This document shows positions 9,454-20,292 of a DNA stretch of 64,000 nt, in pieces. The position numbers and the translations under genes were made by a program. The stretch comes from Nitrosomonadales bacterium (GTDB taxonomy: Bacteria > Pseudomonadota > Gammaproteobacteria > Burkholderiales > SG8-39), in NCBI GenBank assembly GCA_036676355.1, contig JAKFDA010000054.1, positions 12,316 to 76,315 on the forward strand, given 5' to 3'. The notes beneath the pieces were generated by a model. That model saw nothing but the letters and a program-made list of their open reading frames with translations. It was not told the DNA's origin and made no database searches. Each line of letters begins with the position of its first letter. Within the stretch, counting starts at the first letter, position 1.

Positions 9454-10786
9454 AGTGTGTCTGCACCTGCCAGGCGGCGCGCCGCCCGCGGCGCACATCG
9501 ATGGTCACCAGCAGAACAAGCCCGACGACGAAATAGCTGCCCGTGAGCAGGAAGGCGAGTCGATGATTGCCGCCGGACAACCAGTTGGCGAGACCGTAAG
9601 TGATCGGCCCGAGAATGGATGAAAGTTTGACCGCCAAACCCCACAGCCCGAAAAACTCGCCGCGCCGATCTTTCGGGCTGAGATAGCCGATCAGCGCGCG
9701 GCCGGCCGATTGCGATGCGCCCAGACACAGGCCGGCGAGATTGGCCGCGATCCAGAAATCGCCGCGATCATTGGCCGACCAGGCAAGCAGTACCGTGATT
9801 ATCCAGCCGATCAGGGTCAGCGCGATGGTCATGATGTGTCCCAGCCGATCCTGCAGTTGGCCGAACGCCAGCGCGCCGAGCGCGGCGGTGACATTCACCG
9901 CGAGAATCAGTGTGATCGTCTCCTGCGTCTTGAAACCCATTTCCTGTTCGGCGTAGATCGCGGCGAGCGCGACGACCGCCTGCACCCCGGCTTGATAAAA
10001 CACCAGACAGACGAGAAAGCGCGCCAGATCCTTGTAGTGCGCGACATGTCGCAGCGTTTGCGCGAGTCGCGCAAAGGCGGCTAGCGCGACGCGATTCGTT
10101 GCCCGTTGCGGCTGCGCGCGTTCCTTCAGCAATAGCAGCGTGGGCAGGCTTGCGAGCAGGAACAGGCCGGCGGTAATCAGCATGGTGACCGGCACGAATT
10201 GCGCCGCGCCCTGGCCATTCGCCTGGGCGGCGCTGACGTACGCCAGGCATGCGCCGAGCGATACGAGACCGCCGACATAACCGAGCGACCAGCCCCAGCC
10301 CGATACTTTGCCCAGTGCGCGGCCGCGCGCCAGCTCCGGTAGAAAAGCCGCGACAATGTTTTCGCCCGTGCCGAAGAAGAAATTCGAGACGGCGAGCAGC
10401 ACGCACGCGAGCGCAATGTCGTTCGGCCCGACCAGACCAAGCGCCGCCGTCGTGGCGACGCAGCCGAGCGTGGTGACGAGCAGCCAGCGCTTCTTGTTCG
10501 CCCGCTGGTCGACATAGGCGCCCAGCACCGGCGCGCTCAGCATGATGGCGAAGTACGACACGGCGAGCGTTGCCGTCCATGCGAATGTCCCCCACACTGC
10601 GCCGCCGGCCACGACGCCGACGAAATAGGCGTTGAATACGGCGGTGATGACGACGGTGGTGTAACCGGAATTGGCAAAGTCGTACATCGCCCACGCCCAT
10701 ACTTCTCGTGGCCGTACATCGGCGGCGAGCGCTTTGCCGAAGCGAAAACGCGAACCGGCGCCGGTGTTGATTTTTTTCTCGCCCAT
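9317..10786 (-). CDS. MFS transporter, UMF1/Atg22-like family
   Basis: Start at MGEKKINTG (ATG 10786). It has the VWAWAMYDFANSGYTTVVITAVF motif and about 12 predicted TM helices. The 752-aa ORF in the track is extended 5' by sequence antisense to mgtE. The 3' end overlaps mtgA by 137 nt. Confidence 0.75.
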   Translation of the reverse strand: MGEKKINTGAGSRFRFGKALAADVRPREVWAWAMYDFANSGYTTVVITAVFNAYFVGVVAGGAVWGTFAWTATLAVSYFAIMLSAPVLGAYVDQRANKKRWLLVTTLGCVATTAALGLVGPNDIALACVLLAVSNFFFGTGENIVAAFLPELARGRALGKVSGWGWSLGYVGGLVSLGACLAYVSAAQANGQGAAQFVPVTMLITAGLFLLASLPTLLLLKERAQPQRATNRVALAAFARLAQTLRHVAHYKDLARFLVCLVFYQAGVQAVVALAAIYAEQEMGFKTQETITLILAVNVTAALGALAFGQLQDRLGHIMTIALTLIGWIITVLLAWSANDRGDFWIAANLAGLCLGASQSAGRALIGYLSPKDRRGEFFGLWGLAVKLSSILGPITYGLANWLSGGNHRLAFLLTGSYFVVGLVLLVTIDVRRGRRAAWQVQTHSKESSRHPCAHGCDCCRRQDSVSRDCDRNSAGAAASPRGAPPAPR

Positions 10787-10939
10787 TGTGTCGAGATGAT
10801 ACAGGCCGTTGCTACAATCGCCCCGGCCGAACCGGGCGGACCCGCCGTGATCAGCGTGCTGCGCGATTTGCGATGATCCCGGATTTGAATCGCCGCCAAG
10901 CCTCGCATGTGCGGCCCCTGACAAAAATCGAAGCCGTCC

Positions 10940-12385
10940 ATGCACGAAACCGTCGAGCGCAAGGAACTGGAAGACCTGCAGCAGGACCTCGAAGTGGTCC
11001 GCGAACTGCTGCGGCGGCATCGTATTGTCGAGAGCCTGGTCGAGCGCCAGGAAGGTCCGCGCCGCGAACTCGTTGAAACGCTGGTGCACAAGCAGCATCT
11101 GGCCGAGCTGCGCGTGCGACTCGACGATATGCATTCGGCCGACGTGGCGTACATCCTCGAAGCGCTGCCGCGTGACGAGCGCCTCATCGTCTGGGATCTG
11201 GTCAAGGCCGAGCGTGACGGCGAGATCCTGCTTGAAGTCGGCGAGGCCGTGCGCGAATCGCTCATTCGCAGCATGGACCCGGAGGAGCTGGTCGCCGCGG
11301 TCGAGCAGCTCGACACCGACGAGTTGGCGGACCTTGCGCCGGATTTGCCCGAAGACGTCATGCACGACGTCTTTCAATCGCTGCCCATGGACGAGCGCGA
11401 GCAACTGCGCGCGGCCATGTCCTATCAGGAAGATTCGGTCGGCGCGCTGATGGATTTCGAAGTCGTGAGCGTGCGCGAGGACGTCACGCTCGAAGTCGTC
11501 ATGCGTTATCTGCGTCGGCTGGCGGAACTGCCGGATCACACCGACCAGGTTTTCGTGGTCGATCGGACGCAGCATCTCAAGGGCGTGCTGCCGCTGGGCA
11601 AGCTGATCGTGACCGATCTGGATGAAGACGTCGCAGTGGCGATGATCCGCGATGATTTCGTTGCGCTTTACCCGGATGACAAGGCACAGGACGCGGCGCA
11701 GGCGTTCGAACGTTATGATCTCGTGTCGGCCCCGGTGATCGACGCAAGCGGACGACTCATGGGCCGCGTGACGGTCGATGCGGTGGTCGACTACATCCGC
11801 GAGCGCAGCGAAAACCAGTTGCTGGTCAAAGGCGGCTTGCGCGAAAGCGAAGACGTGTTCGCCTCGGTATGGGAGTCGTTTCGCAACCGCTGGTTGTGGC
11901 TGGCGCTCAACATGGTCACGGCGTTCATCGCCTCGCGCGTGATCGGCGCATTCGAAAACTCGATCGAGAAGCTCGTTGCCCTCGCCGCGCTGATGCCGAT
12001 TGTGGCGGGCATCGGCGGCAACTCCGGCAATCAGACCACCACCATGATTGTGCGCGCGTTCGCATTGGGCCAGATCACGCCCGCTCAGGCGAAGAAACTG
12101 GTATCCAAGGAAATGAGCGTCGCGCTGGTCAACGGACTGATCTGGGGCAGCGCGCTCGGCCTGGTGGCCTACTGGTTGTACGGTAGCTACAAGCTCGGCT
12201 TGGTGATGACGGCCGCCATGACACTCAATCTATTGCTCGCTGCGACGATGGGTGTCGTCATTCCCGTCACCATGGCAAAGCTCGGTCGCGATCCGGCGCT
12301 CGGCTCGTCGGTGTTGATTACAGCCTGCACCGATTCGGGCGGATTCTTCATTTTTCTCGGACTCGCGACGCTGTTCCTTTTATAG
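10940..12385 (+). CDS. mgtE: Magnesium transporter MgtE
   Basis: N-domain, tandem CBS region, and a C-terminal TM domain containing PIVAGIGGNSGNQ. Confidence 0.9.
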   Translation: MHETVERKELEDLQQDLEVVRELLRRHRIVESLVERQEGPRRELVETLVHKQHLAELRVRLDDMHSADVAYILEALPRDERLIVWDLVKAERDGEILLEVGEAVRESLIRSMDPEELVAAVEQLDTDELADLAPDLPEDVMHDVFQSLPMDEREQLRAAMSYQEDSVGALMDFEVVSVREDVTLEVVMRYLRRLAELPDHTDQVFVVDRTQHLKGVLPLGKLIVTDLDEDVAVAMIRDDFVALYPDDKAQDAAQAFERYDLVSAPVIDASGRLMGRVTVDAVVDYIRERSENQLLVKGGLRESEDVFASVWESFRNRWLWLALNMVTAFIASRVIGAFENSIEKLVALAALMPIVAGIGGNSGNQTTTMIVRAFALGQITPAQAKKLVSKEMSVALVNGLIWGSALGLVAYWLYGSYKLGLVMTAAMTLNLLLAATMGVVIPVTMAKLGRDPALGSSVLITACTDSGGFFIFLGLATLFLL

Positions 12386-12496
12386 TTTTACCCGCGCCGG
12401 CATCGCCGCGGGAGCGGGACGTAATCCTGCATAGCTTCACGCCGCAACCCCGTCAAGAATAAATTTGAATGCAGTTTCCAACGGAAGGAGCGTTCG

Positions 12497-12925
12497 ATGC
12501 TGAAGGAATTTCGGGAATTCGCGATCAAGGGCAACGTCATGGATCTCGCCGTCGGCGTGATCATCGGCGCGGCCTTCGGCAAGATTGTCGACTCGGTGGT
12601 GAACGATCTCGTCATGCCGATCGTCGGCCGCTTCACCGGCGGGCTCGACTTCTCCAATTACTTTATTGCCCTCAAGGAAATCCCGCCTGGGGTGCCGAAC
12701 AATCTGGCGGCATTGAAAGCGGCGGGCGTGCCGGTCTTCGCCTACGGCAGCTTTATCACCGTCGCGCTCAATTTCGTGATCCTCGCCTTCATCATCTTTC
12801 TGATGGTCAAGTGGATCAATAAGCTCAAGCGCGAAGCGCCGCCCGAAGTGGCTGCGCAACCGGCGCCCGCCGAGGAAGTGCTGCTGTTGCGCGAGATTCG
12901 CGACGAACTCAGGCGGCCGGTCTAG
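12497..12925 (+). CDS. mscL: Large-conductance mechanosensitive channel
   Basis: [31 protein letters not shown] is the canonical MscL N-terminus. A GGAAGGAG SD lies upstream. Confidence 0.93.
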   Translation: MLKEFREFAIKGNVMDLAVGVIIGAAFGKIVDSVVNDLVMPIVGRFTGGLDFSNYFIALKEIPPGVPNNLAALKAAGVPVFAYGSFITVALNFVILAFIIFLMVKWINKLKREAPPEVAAQPAPAEEVLLLREIRDELRRPV

Positions 12926-13054
12926 ACTTGGGAAGGGTCGATCGTTGAGGAATTCCGATCCGGCTTATTGGCGTAGGACCTAAGGGGCTTCGGACGGGTT
13001 GAGTACTGTCGTGCCTCGCCCGCACCTACGTCCACTCGCGATCCGCCTCGCCGC

Positions 13055-14344
13055 TTAATGAGCCTGCGCCAGCCCGCGGAAGGCTTCGTCGGCCGCCGCA
13101 AGCGTCGCCTCGATTTGCAGCGCGCCGTGCGCGGCCGAAACGAAGCCCGCCTCGTAAGCGGACGGCGCAAGGTAGATGCCGCGTTCCAGCATGGCGTGAA
13201 AGAAGCGATTGAAGGTCGCCGTGTCCGATTGCATCACTTCGGCGTACGAGGTCGGAGGTGTCTCGCGAAAGTACATGCCGAACATGCTGCCGACGCTGGC
13301 GGCGCTGAATGCGATGTCCCGCTTCACCGCGATCGCCTGCAGTCCGTCGGCCAGCTTGCGTGTCGTCGCCGCCAGTGCTTCGTGAAAGCCGGGCACCAGC
13401 ACGCGCTGCAGTGTCGTGAGTCCGGCGATGACCGCGACCGGGTTGCCCGATAACGTGCCGGCTTGGTAAACCGATCCCAGCGGCGCGATCGCCTGCATGA
13501 TTTCGCGCCGCCCGCCGAAGGCGCCGACCGGCATGCCGCCGCCGATCACCTTGCCGAGCGTGACGAGATCGGCATCGACGCCATACAAACCCTGCGCGCC
13601 GCGCGGGTGCACGCGGAAGCCGCACATCACTTCATCGAAAATCAGCACCGCGCCGTGTTGCGTGCAAAGCGCGCGCAGCGTCTGCAAAAACGCCTGCGTC
13701 GCCGGCACGAGGTTCATATTGCCGGCCACCGGCTCGACGATCACTGCGGCGATTTCGCCGCCGTATTGCCGGAACGCCTCTTCGAGTTGAGCGCAGTCGT
13801 TGTATGACAGCACCATGGTGTAACCCGCGACTTCAGGTGGAATGCCGCTCGAACTGGGCTGGCCCAAGGTCAACAGGCCGGAGCCCGCTTTGACCAGCAG
13901 CGAGTCGGCGTGGCCGTGATAACAACCTTCGAATTTGATGATGCGATGCCGGCCGGTGTAACCGCGCGCCAGGCGCAGTGCGCTCATGGTCGCTTCGGTG
14001 CCCGAACTCACCAGTCGCACCAGATCCATGTTGGGCACGCTGCGACACAGCAACTCGGCAATCTCGGCTTCGAGTTCGGTCGGTGCGCCGAAGGACAAAC
14101 CGTCGCGCGCCTTGGCACAGACGGCTTCCACGATGTCCGGATGGGCATGGCCGAGGATTAGCGGCCCCCATGAGCCGACGTAATCGATGTAGCGTTTGCC
14201 GTCGGCATCCCAGAAATAGGCACCCTCGCCGCGCGCAAAAAATATCGGCGTGCCGCCCACGGCGCGAAAAGCGCGCACCGGCGAATTCACCCCGCCGGGG
14301 ATGACCCGCTGCGCGCGGGCAAAAAGTTCTTCGTTACGAGTCAT
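13055..14344 (-). CDS. hemL: Glutamate-1-semialdehyde 2,1-aminomutase
   Basis: It has the N-terminus [17 protein letters not shown], the PLP-lysine region TLGKVIGGG, and a size of 429 aa. Confidence 0.93.
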   Translation of the reverse strand: MTRNEELFARAQRVIPGGVNSPVRAFRAVGGTPIFFARGEGAYFWDADGKRYIDYVGSWGPLILGHAHPDIVEAVCAKARDGLSFGAPTELEAEIAELLCRSVPNMDLVRLVSSGTEATMSALRLARGYTGRHRIIKFEGCYHGHADSLLVKAGSGLLTLGQPSSSGIPPEVAGYTMVLSYNDCAQLEEAFRQYGGEIAAVIVEPVAGNMNLVPATQAFLQTLRALCTQHGAVLIFDEVMCGFRVHPRGAQGLYGVDADLVTLGKVIGGGMPVGAFGGRREIMQAIAPLGSVYQAGTLSGNPVAVIAGLTTLQRVLVPGFHEALAATTRKLADGLQAIAVKRDIAFSAASVGSMFGMYFRETPPTSYAEVMQSDTATFNRFFHAMLERGIYLAPSAYEAGFVSAAHGALQIEATLAAADEAFRGLAQAH

Positions 14345-14964
14345 TGGGAAAACAGTCGAGTGAAGTCGCGCGCGCGCTGTTCGACGTCGGGCGCGTCGAA
14401 AAGAGCGCTGATGACGGCGGTCGCATGCGCGCCGGCGTGGATGAGGGGGAGCGCATTGTCGAGCGTGATACCGCCGATGGCGACGGCCGGCAGTCTGACC
14501 GAGGCGGCGGCCTGATTGAACAATTCGAGCGGCGCGCGGATCGCGCCCGGTTTGGTGGACGAGACGTACATGGCGCCGAATGCGACGTGGTCGGCGCCGC
14601 GGTCACGCGCTTCGATCGCCAGGTCAAGGCGGTTGTAACAGGAGGCGCCGAGCAGCTTGTCCGGACCGAGGCGGTGGCGCGCGGCGGCCAAGTCGCCGTC
14701 CTCACCCCCCAGATGCAAGCCGTCTGCGTCGACGGCGAGGGCGATTTCGAGATCGTCGTTGACGATCAGCGGCACGCCCGCGATCCGGCAAATGCGCTGT
14801 AAAGCGAGCGCCTGCTCGCGACGAACCGGAGCGCTAGCGGACTTGTTCCGGTACTGCACGATGGCGGCACCGCCGTTCAGCGCGTCCTGCACCAGCGCAA
14901 TCAGGCGTTCGGTGTCCGGTTCGTCCGGGGTAATGGCGTAAAGGCCGCGCGGCAGCATGGTCAC
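14341..14964 (-). CDS. thiE: Thiamine-phosphate synthase
   Basis: Its sequence is ThiE-like ([17 protein letters not shown]). Its stop overlaps the hemL start by 4 nt, and its start overlaps the thiD stop by 4 nt. Confidence 0.88.
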   Translation of the reverse strand: MTMLPRGLYAITPDEPDTERLIALVQDALNGGAAIVQYRNKSASAPVRREQALALQRICRIAGVPLIVNDDLEIALAVDADGLHLGGEDGDLAAARHRLGPDKLLGASCYNRLDLAIEARDRGADHVAFGAMYVSSTKPGAIRAPLELFNQAAASVRLPAVAIGGITLDNALPLIHAGAHATAVISALFDAPDVEQRARDFTRLFSQ

Positions 14965-15809
14965 GCTTCATCCTCCTGATCCGGCGCGGCATTGTCGTTC
15001 GGTTCGCGCGCCCAGAAAAAACGATCGGGAATGTACTGACCCATCCCGGGGCGGAACGCGGCGGCGAGCGTTTGCCAGGTGTATTCCTGTGCTTCGCGCA
15101 CGGCTTCCGGCAGATCGAGCCCGTTGGCGAGGGCGGCGGCAATCGCCGAAGCGAGCGTGCAGCCGGAACCGTGATAACTGCCGGGCAGGCGATCCCATTG
15201 ATCGGTGCGCACCACGCCGCCCGCCTCGTACAGGGTGTTGGTCACCTGCGGCGTGTTTTCGTGGGTGCCGGTAATGAGCACATAACTCGCGCCCAGATCG
15301 AGCAGGCGATCGGCGCACTCGTCCAGGTCCGGTTCGTCGTCGCCATCTTCATCCGCGATGGCCAAACGCCGTGCTTCGACACTATTGGGCGTCAGGATCG
15401 TCGTATGCGGGATAAGCAGTTCGCGGATGGCGTCGATCAGATCTTCGTTAGCCAGTTCGTCGCCGCGACCCGAGGCAAGGACCGGATCAAGGACGACCGG
15501 CACATCCGGATAGTCGGCCAGCACTTCGGCGATCACGGCAGCGTTCTCGACGCTGCCGATCATGCCGATCTTGAAGGCCGACACCGCCATGTCCTCGAGA
15601 ATCATGCGGGCCTGATCGTTCACCCATTCCGAATCGATGGCCTGCACATCCTCAACGCCGGCCGTGTCCTGCACCGTAATGGCGGTCAGCACGGAAAGCG
15701 CATGGCAGCCCATGGAGGACAGGGTCAGCAGATCGGCCTGAATGCCCGCGCCGCCACTGGGGTCGCTCGCGGCGAAGGTCAGCACGATGGGCGGCAGGGG
15801 AGCGGACAT
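14961..15809 (-). CDS. thiD: Hydroxymethylpyrimidine/phosphomethylpyrimidine kinase
   Basis: It carries the motifs SDPSGGAGIQADL and GSGCTLASAIAAALA. Confidence 0.9.
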   Translation of the reverse strand: MSAPLPPIVLTFAASDPSGGAGIQADLLTLSSMGCHALSVLTAITVQDTAGVEDVQAIDSEWVNDQARMILEDMAVSAFKIGMIGSVENAAVIAEVLADYPDVPVVLDPVLASGRGDELANEDLIDAIRELLIPHTTILTPNSVEARRLAIADEDGDDEPDLDECADRLLDLGASYVLITGTHENTPQVTNTLYEAGGVVRTDQWDRLPGSYHGSGCTLASAIAAALANGLDLPEAVREAQEYTWQTLAAAFRPGMGQYIPDRFFWAREPNDNAAPDQEDEA

Positions 15810-15921
15810 GGTTTCCTAAGGGGAGAAACGGCGCGATTGCACCGGTGCTGCAGGCCGCGAGCGTCCACATCGACGCAAGCACGCGGTAAGATCGACGCAT
15901 TTTAGCGAGTTTTGACACGTA

Positions 15922-16107
15922 ATGACCGAAACAGCCCAAACCTATAAGACATGGATGTGCCTCATCTGCGGATGGATCTACGACGAAGAAACCGGTCTGC
16001 CCGAAGAAGGCATCGCGCCCGGCACACGCTGGGAAGATGTGCCGTTGAACTGGACCTGCCCCGAATGCGGCGCGCGCAAGGATGATTTCGAAATGGTCGA
16101 GGTCTGA
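15922..16107 (+). CDS. Rubredoxin (copy 1)
   Basis: 61 aa with CxxC(G) and CPxCG iron-binding pairs ([10 protein letters not shown] ... WTCPECGA). Confidence 0.92.
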   Translation: MTETAQTYKTWMCLICGWIYDEETGLPEEGIAPGTRWEDVPLNWTCPECGARKDDFEMVEV

Positions 16108-16123
16108 GGCGCAGCGTCTCGAC

Positions 16124-16315
16124 ATGACCGATACCCTGCCCGTACCGCCGTATCGCACCTGGATGTGCCAGGTCTGCGGCTGGCTTTATGAAGAGGCCGC
16201 GGGCCTGCCCGAGGCCGGCATTGCGCCCGGCACACGCTGGGAAGACGTGCCGGCGGATTTCACCTGTCCCGAATGCGGGGCCCCCAAGCAAGACTTCGAA
16301 GTCGTCGATTTCTGA
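16124..16315 (+). CDS. Rubredoxin (copy 2, tandem paralogue)
   Basis: The start is taken at MTDTLPV (ATG 16124). WMCQVCGWLY ... FTCPECGA. It shares a 34/36-nt identical DNA block with copy 1. Confidence 0.88.
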   Translation: MTDTLPVPPYRTWMCQVCGWLYEEAAGLPEAGIAPGTRWEDVPADFTCPECGAPKQDFEVVDF

Positions 16316-16615
16316 CTGTCGCGTGTTCTGCGCGACGGCGATTGCATGAGATGACGCGCGATGCCCATTCGGGCGTCTCGTGTACCCGCCGCGGCGCTTC
16401 GGCACCGCTTCCCCACCCCCATTCGTGCGCCGCCGGTTCGTCGCATTCACCTGATGCGCGACGCGTTACCGCTCGATACCTCAGAAACCGCGTTAAAAAG
16501 TTGGCCGAACGTGCGAATTTCCAATAGCCCCACGGCTAAGGCTCGTGCTTATATGTCCGGACAAGCCCCCAGCCGACCGGCTGCCATCGGGCGCACAAGA
16601 GGAAAGTAGAACAAG

Positions 16616-17011
16616 GTGAGCGAAACGGTGATTCTTTCCGGCGTCAAGGTCATGGTGATCGACGATAGCAACACCATTCGTCGCAGCGCAGAGATCTTTC
16701 TCGCGCAGGCCGGCTGCCAAGTCATCCTGGCCGAGGACGGCTTCGATGCGTTATCCAAGATCACCGATCACCAGCCCAACCTGATCTTCTGCGACATCAT
16801 GATGCCGCGGCTGGACGGCTACCAGACCTGCGCGTTGATCAAGAAGAATGCGCGCTTTTCCGCCACCCCGGTCATCATGCTGTCGTCCAAGGACGGACTG
16901 TTCGACCGTGCACGCGGTCGCATGGTCGGCTCGGACGAATATCTCACCAAGCCCTTTACCAAGGACAGTTTGCTTAAAACGGTCGGCGCGCACGCGACGG
17001 CCCGCGTTTGA
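16616..17011 (+). CDS. pilG: CheY-like single-domain response regulator PilG
   Basis: GTG start. Receiver motifs VMVIDDS, CDIMMPRLDG and TKPF are present, and it is the first gene of the pilGHIJ-chpA order. Confidence 0.85.
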   Translation: MSETVILSGVKVMVIDDSNTIRRSAEIFLAQAGCQVILAEDGFDALSKITDHQPNLIFCDIMMPRLDGYQTCALIKKNARFSATPVIMLSSKDGLFDRARGRMVGSDEYLTKPFTKDSLLKTVGAHATARV

Positions 17012-17024
17012 TTAGGACACCATC

Positions 17025-17399
17025 ATGGCTATACATAAAATTCTCGTCGTTGACGATTCCCCCACCGATCGCCAGTTTCTGCTGGAGACGCTGGCTAAGC
17101 AGGGTTATCAGGTCGTGACCGCGGAAAGCGGGCAGGAGGCGATCGCCAAGGCCAAGAGCGAAGGCCCGGACCTCATCCTGATGGATGTGGTGATGCCCGG
17201 CCTCAATGGTTATCAGGCCACGCGCAGCATTACGCGCGATGACGCGACCAAGGACATTCCGGTGATCATATGCACCAGCAAGGGTGCCGAGACGGACAAA
17301 ATCTGGGGCATGCGCCAGGGCGCCATCGACTATCTGGTCAAGCCCATCGATCCTACGCAATTGCTGGCGAAAATCGCCGGCATTCACAACGCGGCCTGA
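17025..17399 (+). CDS. pilH: CheY-like single-domain response regulator PilH
   Basis: Receiver motifs VVDDSPTD, MDVVMPGLNG and VKPI are present. Confidence 0.85.
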   Translation: MAIHKILVVDDSPTDRQFLLETLAKQGYQVVTAESGQEAIAKAKSEGPDLILMDVVMPGLNGYQATRSITRDDATKDIPVIICTSKGAETDKIWGMRQGAIDYLVKPIDPTQLLAKIAGIHNAA

Positions 17400-17410
17400 G
17401 CGCAGCTGTC

Positions 17411-17920
17411 ATGGCGCGCAAGGTCAGCCTACGCGAGTTTCAGCAGGCACTGGTTCGTCGCCTGAATGAGGCGCAGACCAGCGAAGCCGTAAGCGCCCGG
17501 CTGGGCGTACAGGTGGGCGGCGAGTTGTGGCTGATTCGACTGGAGGAAGCGGGTGAGGTCATCCCGCCTCCGGCCATCGCACCGGTGCCGCTGACGCGGC
17601 CCTGGTTTCGCGGTTTGACCAATATCCGCGGCAATCTCTATACGGTCGTCGATCTTGCCTCCTTTCACGGCGGCGAGCCGACGCCGCAGACGGCCGATAC
17701 CCGCCTGCTGCTGGTGGGTGAGCGCTATGGCATCAACACGGCTTTGCTGGTCCATCGCATGTTGGGACTCCGCCATGTGCAGCAGCTCGAATTGCAGTCG
17801 GAGGACGGCGAGCGTCCGTGGGAAGCGGCACGGTACGTCGATCGAGAGGGCAAGTTGTGGCGCGAACTCGAAATGAGCGCGCTGGTTTACCACAACGATT
17901 TCTTACAGTCGGCCGCCTGA
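17411..17920 (+). CDS. pilI: CheW-like coupling protein PilI
   Basis: Start at [10 protein letters not shown] (ATG 17411). It has a CheW-like fold sequence ([16 protein letters not shown]) and sits between pilH and pilJ. Confidence 0.8.
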   Translation: MARKVSLREFQQALVRRLNEAQTSEAVSARLGVQVGGELWLIRLEEAGEVIPPPAIAPVPLTRPWFRGLTNIRGNLYTVVDLASFHGGEPTPQTADTRLLLVGERYGINTALLVHRMLGLRHVQQLELQSEDGERPWEAARYVDREGKLWRELEMSALVYHNDFLQSAA

Positions 17921-17952
17921 CGGCCGCTTTACCGGAAAGCAGCGGGGGGCAT

Positions 17953-20127
17953 ATGGCAATCAATTGGAGCGCGCTGAACTTCGGCTTCGGCAAAAGCCGA
18001 ACCACACCTGAGGGACCATCCATCGGCTCTCACACTGTTGCCGATGCGTTTGGCTCGACGGCGAACAAGCTGCCCCTCATCGGTCGCAGAAGCTTCCGCT
18101 CGCAGATGCAAGTGCTCGGTGTCGCGCTGACCGGGCTGGTTGTCCTCATTGTTGCGCTCGGGTGGTATTCGATCCGCACGGCGACGCAGGGCACGGCCTA
18201 CGTGTCGACTGCGGGCCAGATGCGAACCCTTTCGCAGCAGATTTCGAACGAAGCGCAGCAGGGTCTGCAAGGGAACGCCGACGCGTTTCCGCGCCTGAAA
18301 GCGGGGCGCGATGAGTTCGGTTCGTTGCTGGCGACGCTGAACAACGGCGGACTCGTGGCGGGTACCGAGGTGCCCGCGGCGCCCGCCGGCGTGCGTCCTG
18401 CGCTCGATAAGGTCGTGAGCTTGTGGAAAGCCAGCGACAAGAACACCGGGTTGATGCTGCAACAGCAGAAAAACCTGGTGCAGCTCGGCACCGCGGTGCG
18501 CGCCATCAACAGCAACAACGCGACCTTGCTGGATCTGGCGGAACAAGTCGCTGCGGCCAAAGTCGGCGGCGAGTCGACCGCACAGGAAACGTCAGCGTCC
18601 GGTCAATTGGTGATGCTGACGCAGCGGATGGCGAAGAATGCCAACGCGCTGCTCGCGGCGAACGAGATCGACCCCGAAGTGACCTTTCTACTGGGCAAGG
18701 ATTCGAACACGTTTCGCGAAATCCTCGCCGGCCTGAAGAATGGCAGCGACACACTCCGCCTTCCTCCCACGCGCGATGCCGATACGCTGCAACGCTTGAC
18801 GGAACTGGAAAAGGCGTTTGGGGAGTATCGCGAGTCGGTCAGTACGATTATGGGCAGTCTGCTCACCCTGGTGGATGCCAAGCGAGCCGGCCGTCAGGTG
18901 GTGCTCGATTCGGACAACCTGCTGAAAGCAACGGAAGAACTGGAGCAGAGCTTCCAGAGCAACCTCGGTAGCCGCGTCTACGTCTTTACCGCGATTGCCG
19001 TCGCCGGCCTGCTCGTCATCGGCGTGGTGCTGCTGATGATCAAGGCTTATCGCGACGACAACGAACGCCGTACCGCGGCGCAGGTGCAGTTGCGCGAGAG
19101 CGCGGAACACTTGCGCGGAGAAGCCGAAGAGCACAACAAGGCCAACCAGGAGGCGATTCTGCGGCTGATGAACGAGATGGGCAGCCTCGCGGACGGCGAT
19201 TTGACCGTGCAGGCAACGGTGACCGAGGACATCACCGGTGCGATTGCCGACTCGGTGAACTACACGATTGAAGAACTTCGCGTGCTGGTCGGGCGGATCA
19301 ACAGCACGGCGGCACAGGTGACGAGCGCAACGGAATCCGCGGCACAAACGTCCGCCCGCCTGCTGCAAGCCGCCGAGCGACAATCGAAGGAGATTCAGGA
19401 AGCCGGTTCTTCGGTGCTGGAAATGGCGCGCGCGATTAACGATGTGTCCGCCAGCGCTTCGCAGTCGGTGAACGTTGCGCGCCAGTCGCTGGCCGCTGCA
19501 CAGAAGGGCCAGGAGGCGGTGCAGAACTCCATCGCCGGCATGAACGACATTCGCGATCAGATACAAGAGACCGCGAAACGTATCAAGCGACTGGGCGAGT
19601 CATCGCAGGAGATCGGTGAAATCGTTGAACTGATTTCCGACATTACCGAACAGACCAACGTGCTGGCGTTGAACGCGGCGATACAGGCCGCATCCGCCGG
19701 TGAAGCAGGCCGCGGTTTCACGGTGGTTGCGGAAGAAGTGCAGCGCCTCGCGGAACGTTCCGCCGAGGCGACGAAGCAGATCGGCGCGATTGTGAAGACC
19801 ATTCAGACCGACACGCAGGATGCGGTTTCGGCCATGGAGAAAAGCACGCGGGGGGTGGTCGACGGGGCGAAGTTGTCCGATGCCGCCGGTCAGGCGCTGG
19901 GCGAGATCGGCGACGTGTCGCAGCGGCTGGCCTCGCTGATTGAAGACATTTCCGTGACCACGCATACGCAGGCGCAAGCGGCCGGTAACGTCGCCTCGAC
20001 CATGGAAGACATTCTGGCGGTGACCAAGCAGACCACGGAAGGCACCAAGCAAACGGCGGTATCGGTCGGTCAGCTCGCCAAACTGGCGCAGGAACTGAAG
20101 GGTTCGGTCGCCAACTTCAAGATCTGA
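17953..20127 (+). CDS. pilJ: Methyl-accepting chemotaxis protein PilJ
   Basis: Start at [10 protein letters not shown] (ATG 17953). It has two TM helices flanking a periplasmic domain, a HAMP region, and the highly conserved MCP signalling hairpin [38 protein letters not shown]. Confidence 0.9.
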   Translation: MAINWSALNFGFGKSRTTPEGPSIGSHTVADAFGSTANKLPLIGRRSFRSQMQVLGVALTGLVVLIVALGWYSIRTATQGTAYVSTAGQMRTLSQQISNEAQQGLQGNADAFPRLKAGRDEFGSLLATLNNGGLVAGTEVPAAPAGVRPALDKVVSLWKASDKNTGLMLQQQKNLVQLGTAVRAINSNNATLLDLAEQVAAAKVGGESTAQETSASGQLVMLTQRMAKNANALLAANEIDPEVTFLLGKDSNTFREILAGLKNGSDTLRLPPTRDADTLQRLTELEKAFGEYRESVSTIMGSLLTLVDAKRAGRQVVLDSDNLLKATEELEQSFQSNLGSRVYVFTAIAVAGLLVIGVVLLMIKAYRDDNERRTAAQVQLRESAEHLRGEAEEHNKANQEAILRLMNEMGSLADGDLTVQATVTEDITGAIADSVNYTIEELRVLVGRINSTAAQVTSATESAAQTSARLLQAAERQSKEIQEAGSSVLEMARAINDVSASASQSVNVARQSLAAAQKGQEAVQNSIAGMNDIRDQIQETAKRIKRLGESSQEIGEIVELISDITEQTNVLALNAAIQAASAGEAGRGFTVVAEEVQRLAERSAEATKQIGAIVKTIQTDTQDAVSAMEKSTRGVVDGAKLSDAAGQALGEIGDVSQRLASLIEDISVTTHTQAQAAGNVASTMEDILAVTKQTTEGTKQTAVSVGQLAKLAQELKGSVANFKI

Positions 20128-20134
20128 TACACGT

Positions 20135-20292
20135 CGAGAGCATGATGCTGCGCCGAAGCGCGATGGAGTGCGGGCATCTCCGCGGTTTCGGAGTGACAAG
20201 GCGAGCGGTGGATCCGATCGCAGTCGGATCCTGGTTTCGCGGTGCATGGTGCGGTGGAAAGCGACACCCGTCGTTCTCCGTACATGCTCTCG
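20135..20292 (+). other. Structured intergenic element between pilJ and chpA (nested inverted repeats)
   Basis: Outer perfect 10-bp inverted repeat CGAGAGCATG (20135-44) / CATGCTCTCG (20283-92). Central perfect 8-bp hairpin GGATCCGA-TCGCAG-TCGGATCC (20210-31). Extra small stems lie at 20144-48/20174-78, 20150-53/20158-61 and 20178-82/20189-93. GGTTTCG is repeated at 20184 and 20233. Confidence 0.45.

Noticed and set aside
10787-11575. The 5' extension of the 752-aa ORF 9317-11575 upstream of the MFS transporter.
   Set aside because: The N-terminal 263 codons are antisense to mgtE and cross the divergent promoter region. The MFS homology (VWAWAMYDFANSGY) begins just after the internal ATG at 10786.
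15810-15921. A possible TPP riboswitch upstream of thiD-thiE.
   Set aside because: I looked on the minus strand for the conserved CUGAGA / ACCUGAUCUGGAUAAUGCCAGCG core and found nothing resembling it. thiD/thiE are often not riboswitch-controlled.
16316-16615. A possible small gene or sRNA in the 300-nt spacer between rubredoxin-2 and pilG, including the ORF 16361-16609.
   Set aside because: The ORF product is Arg/Pro/Ala-rich with no SD. I found only a short hairpin (16318-36) without a U-run, and no convincing sigma70 promoter. There is not enough evidence to call a feature.
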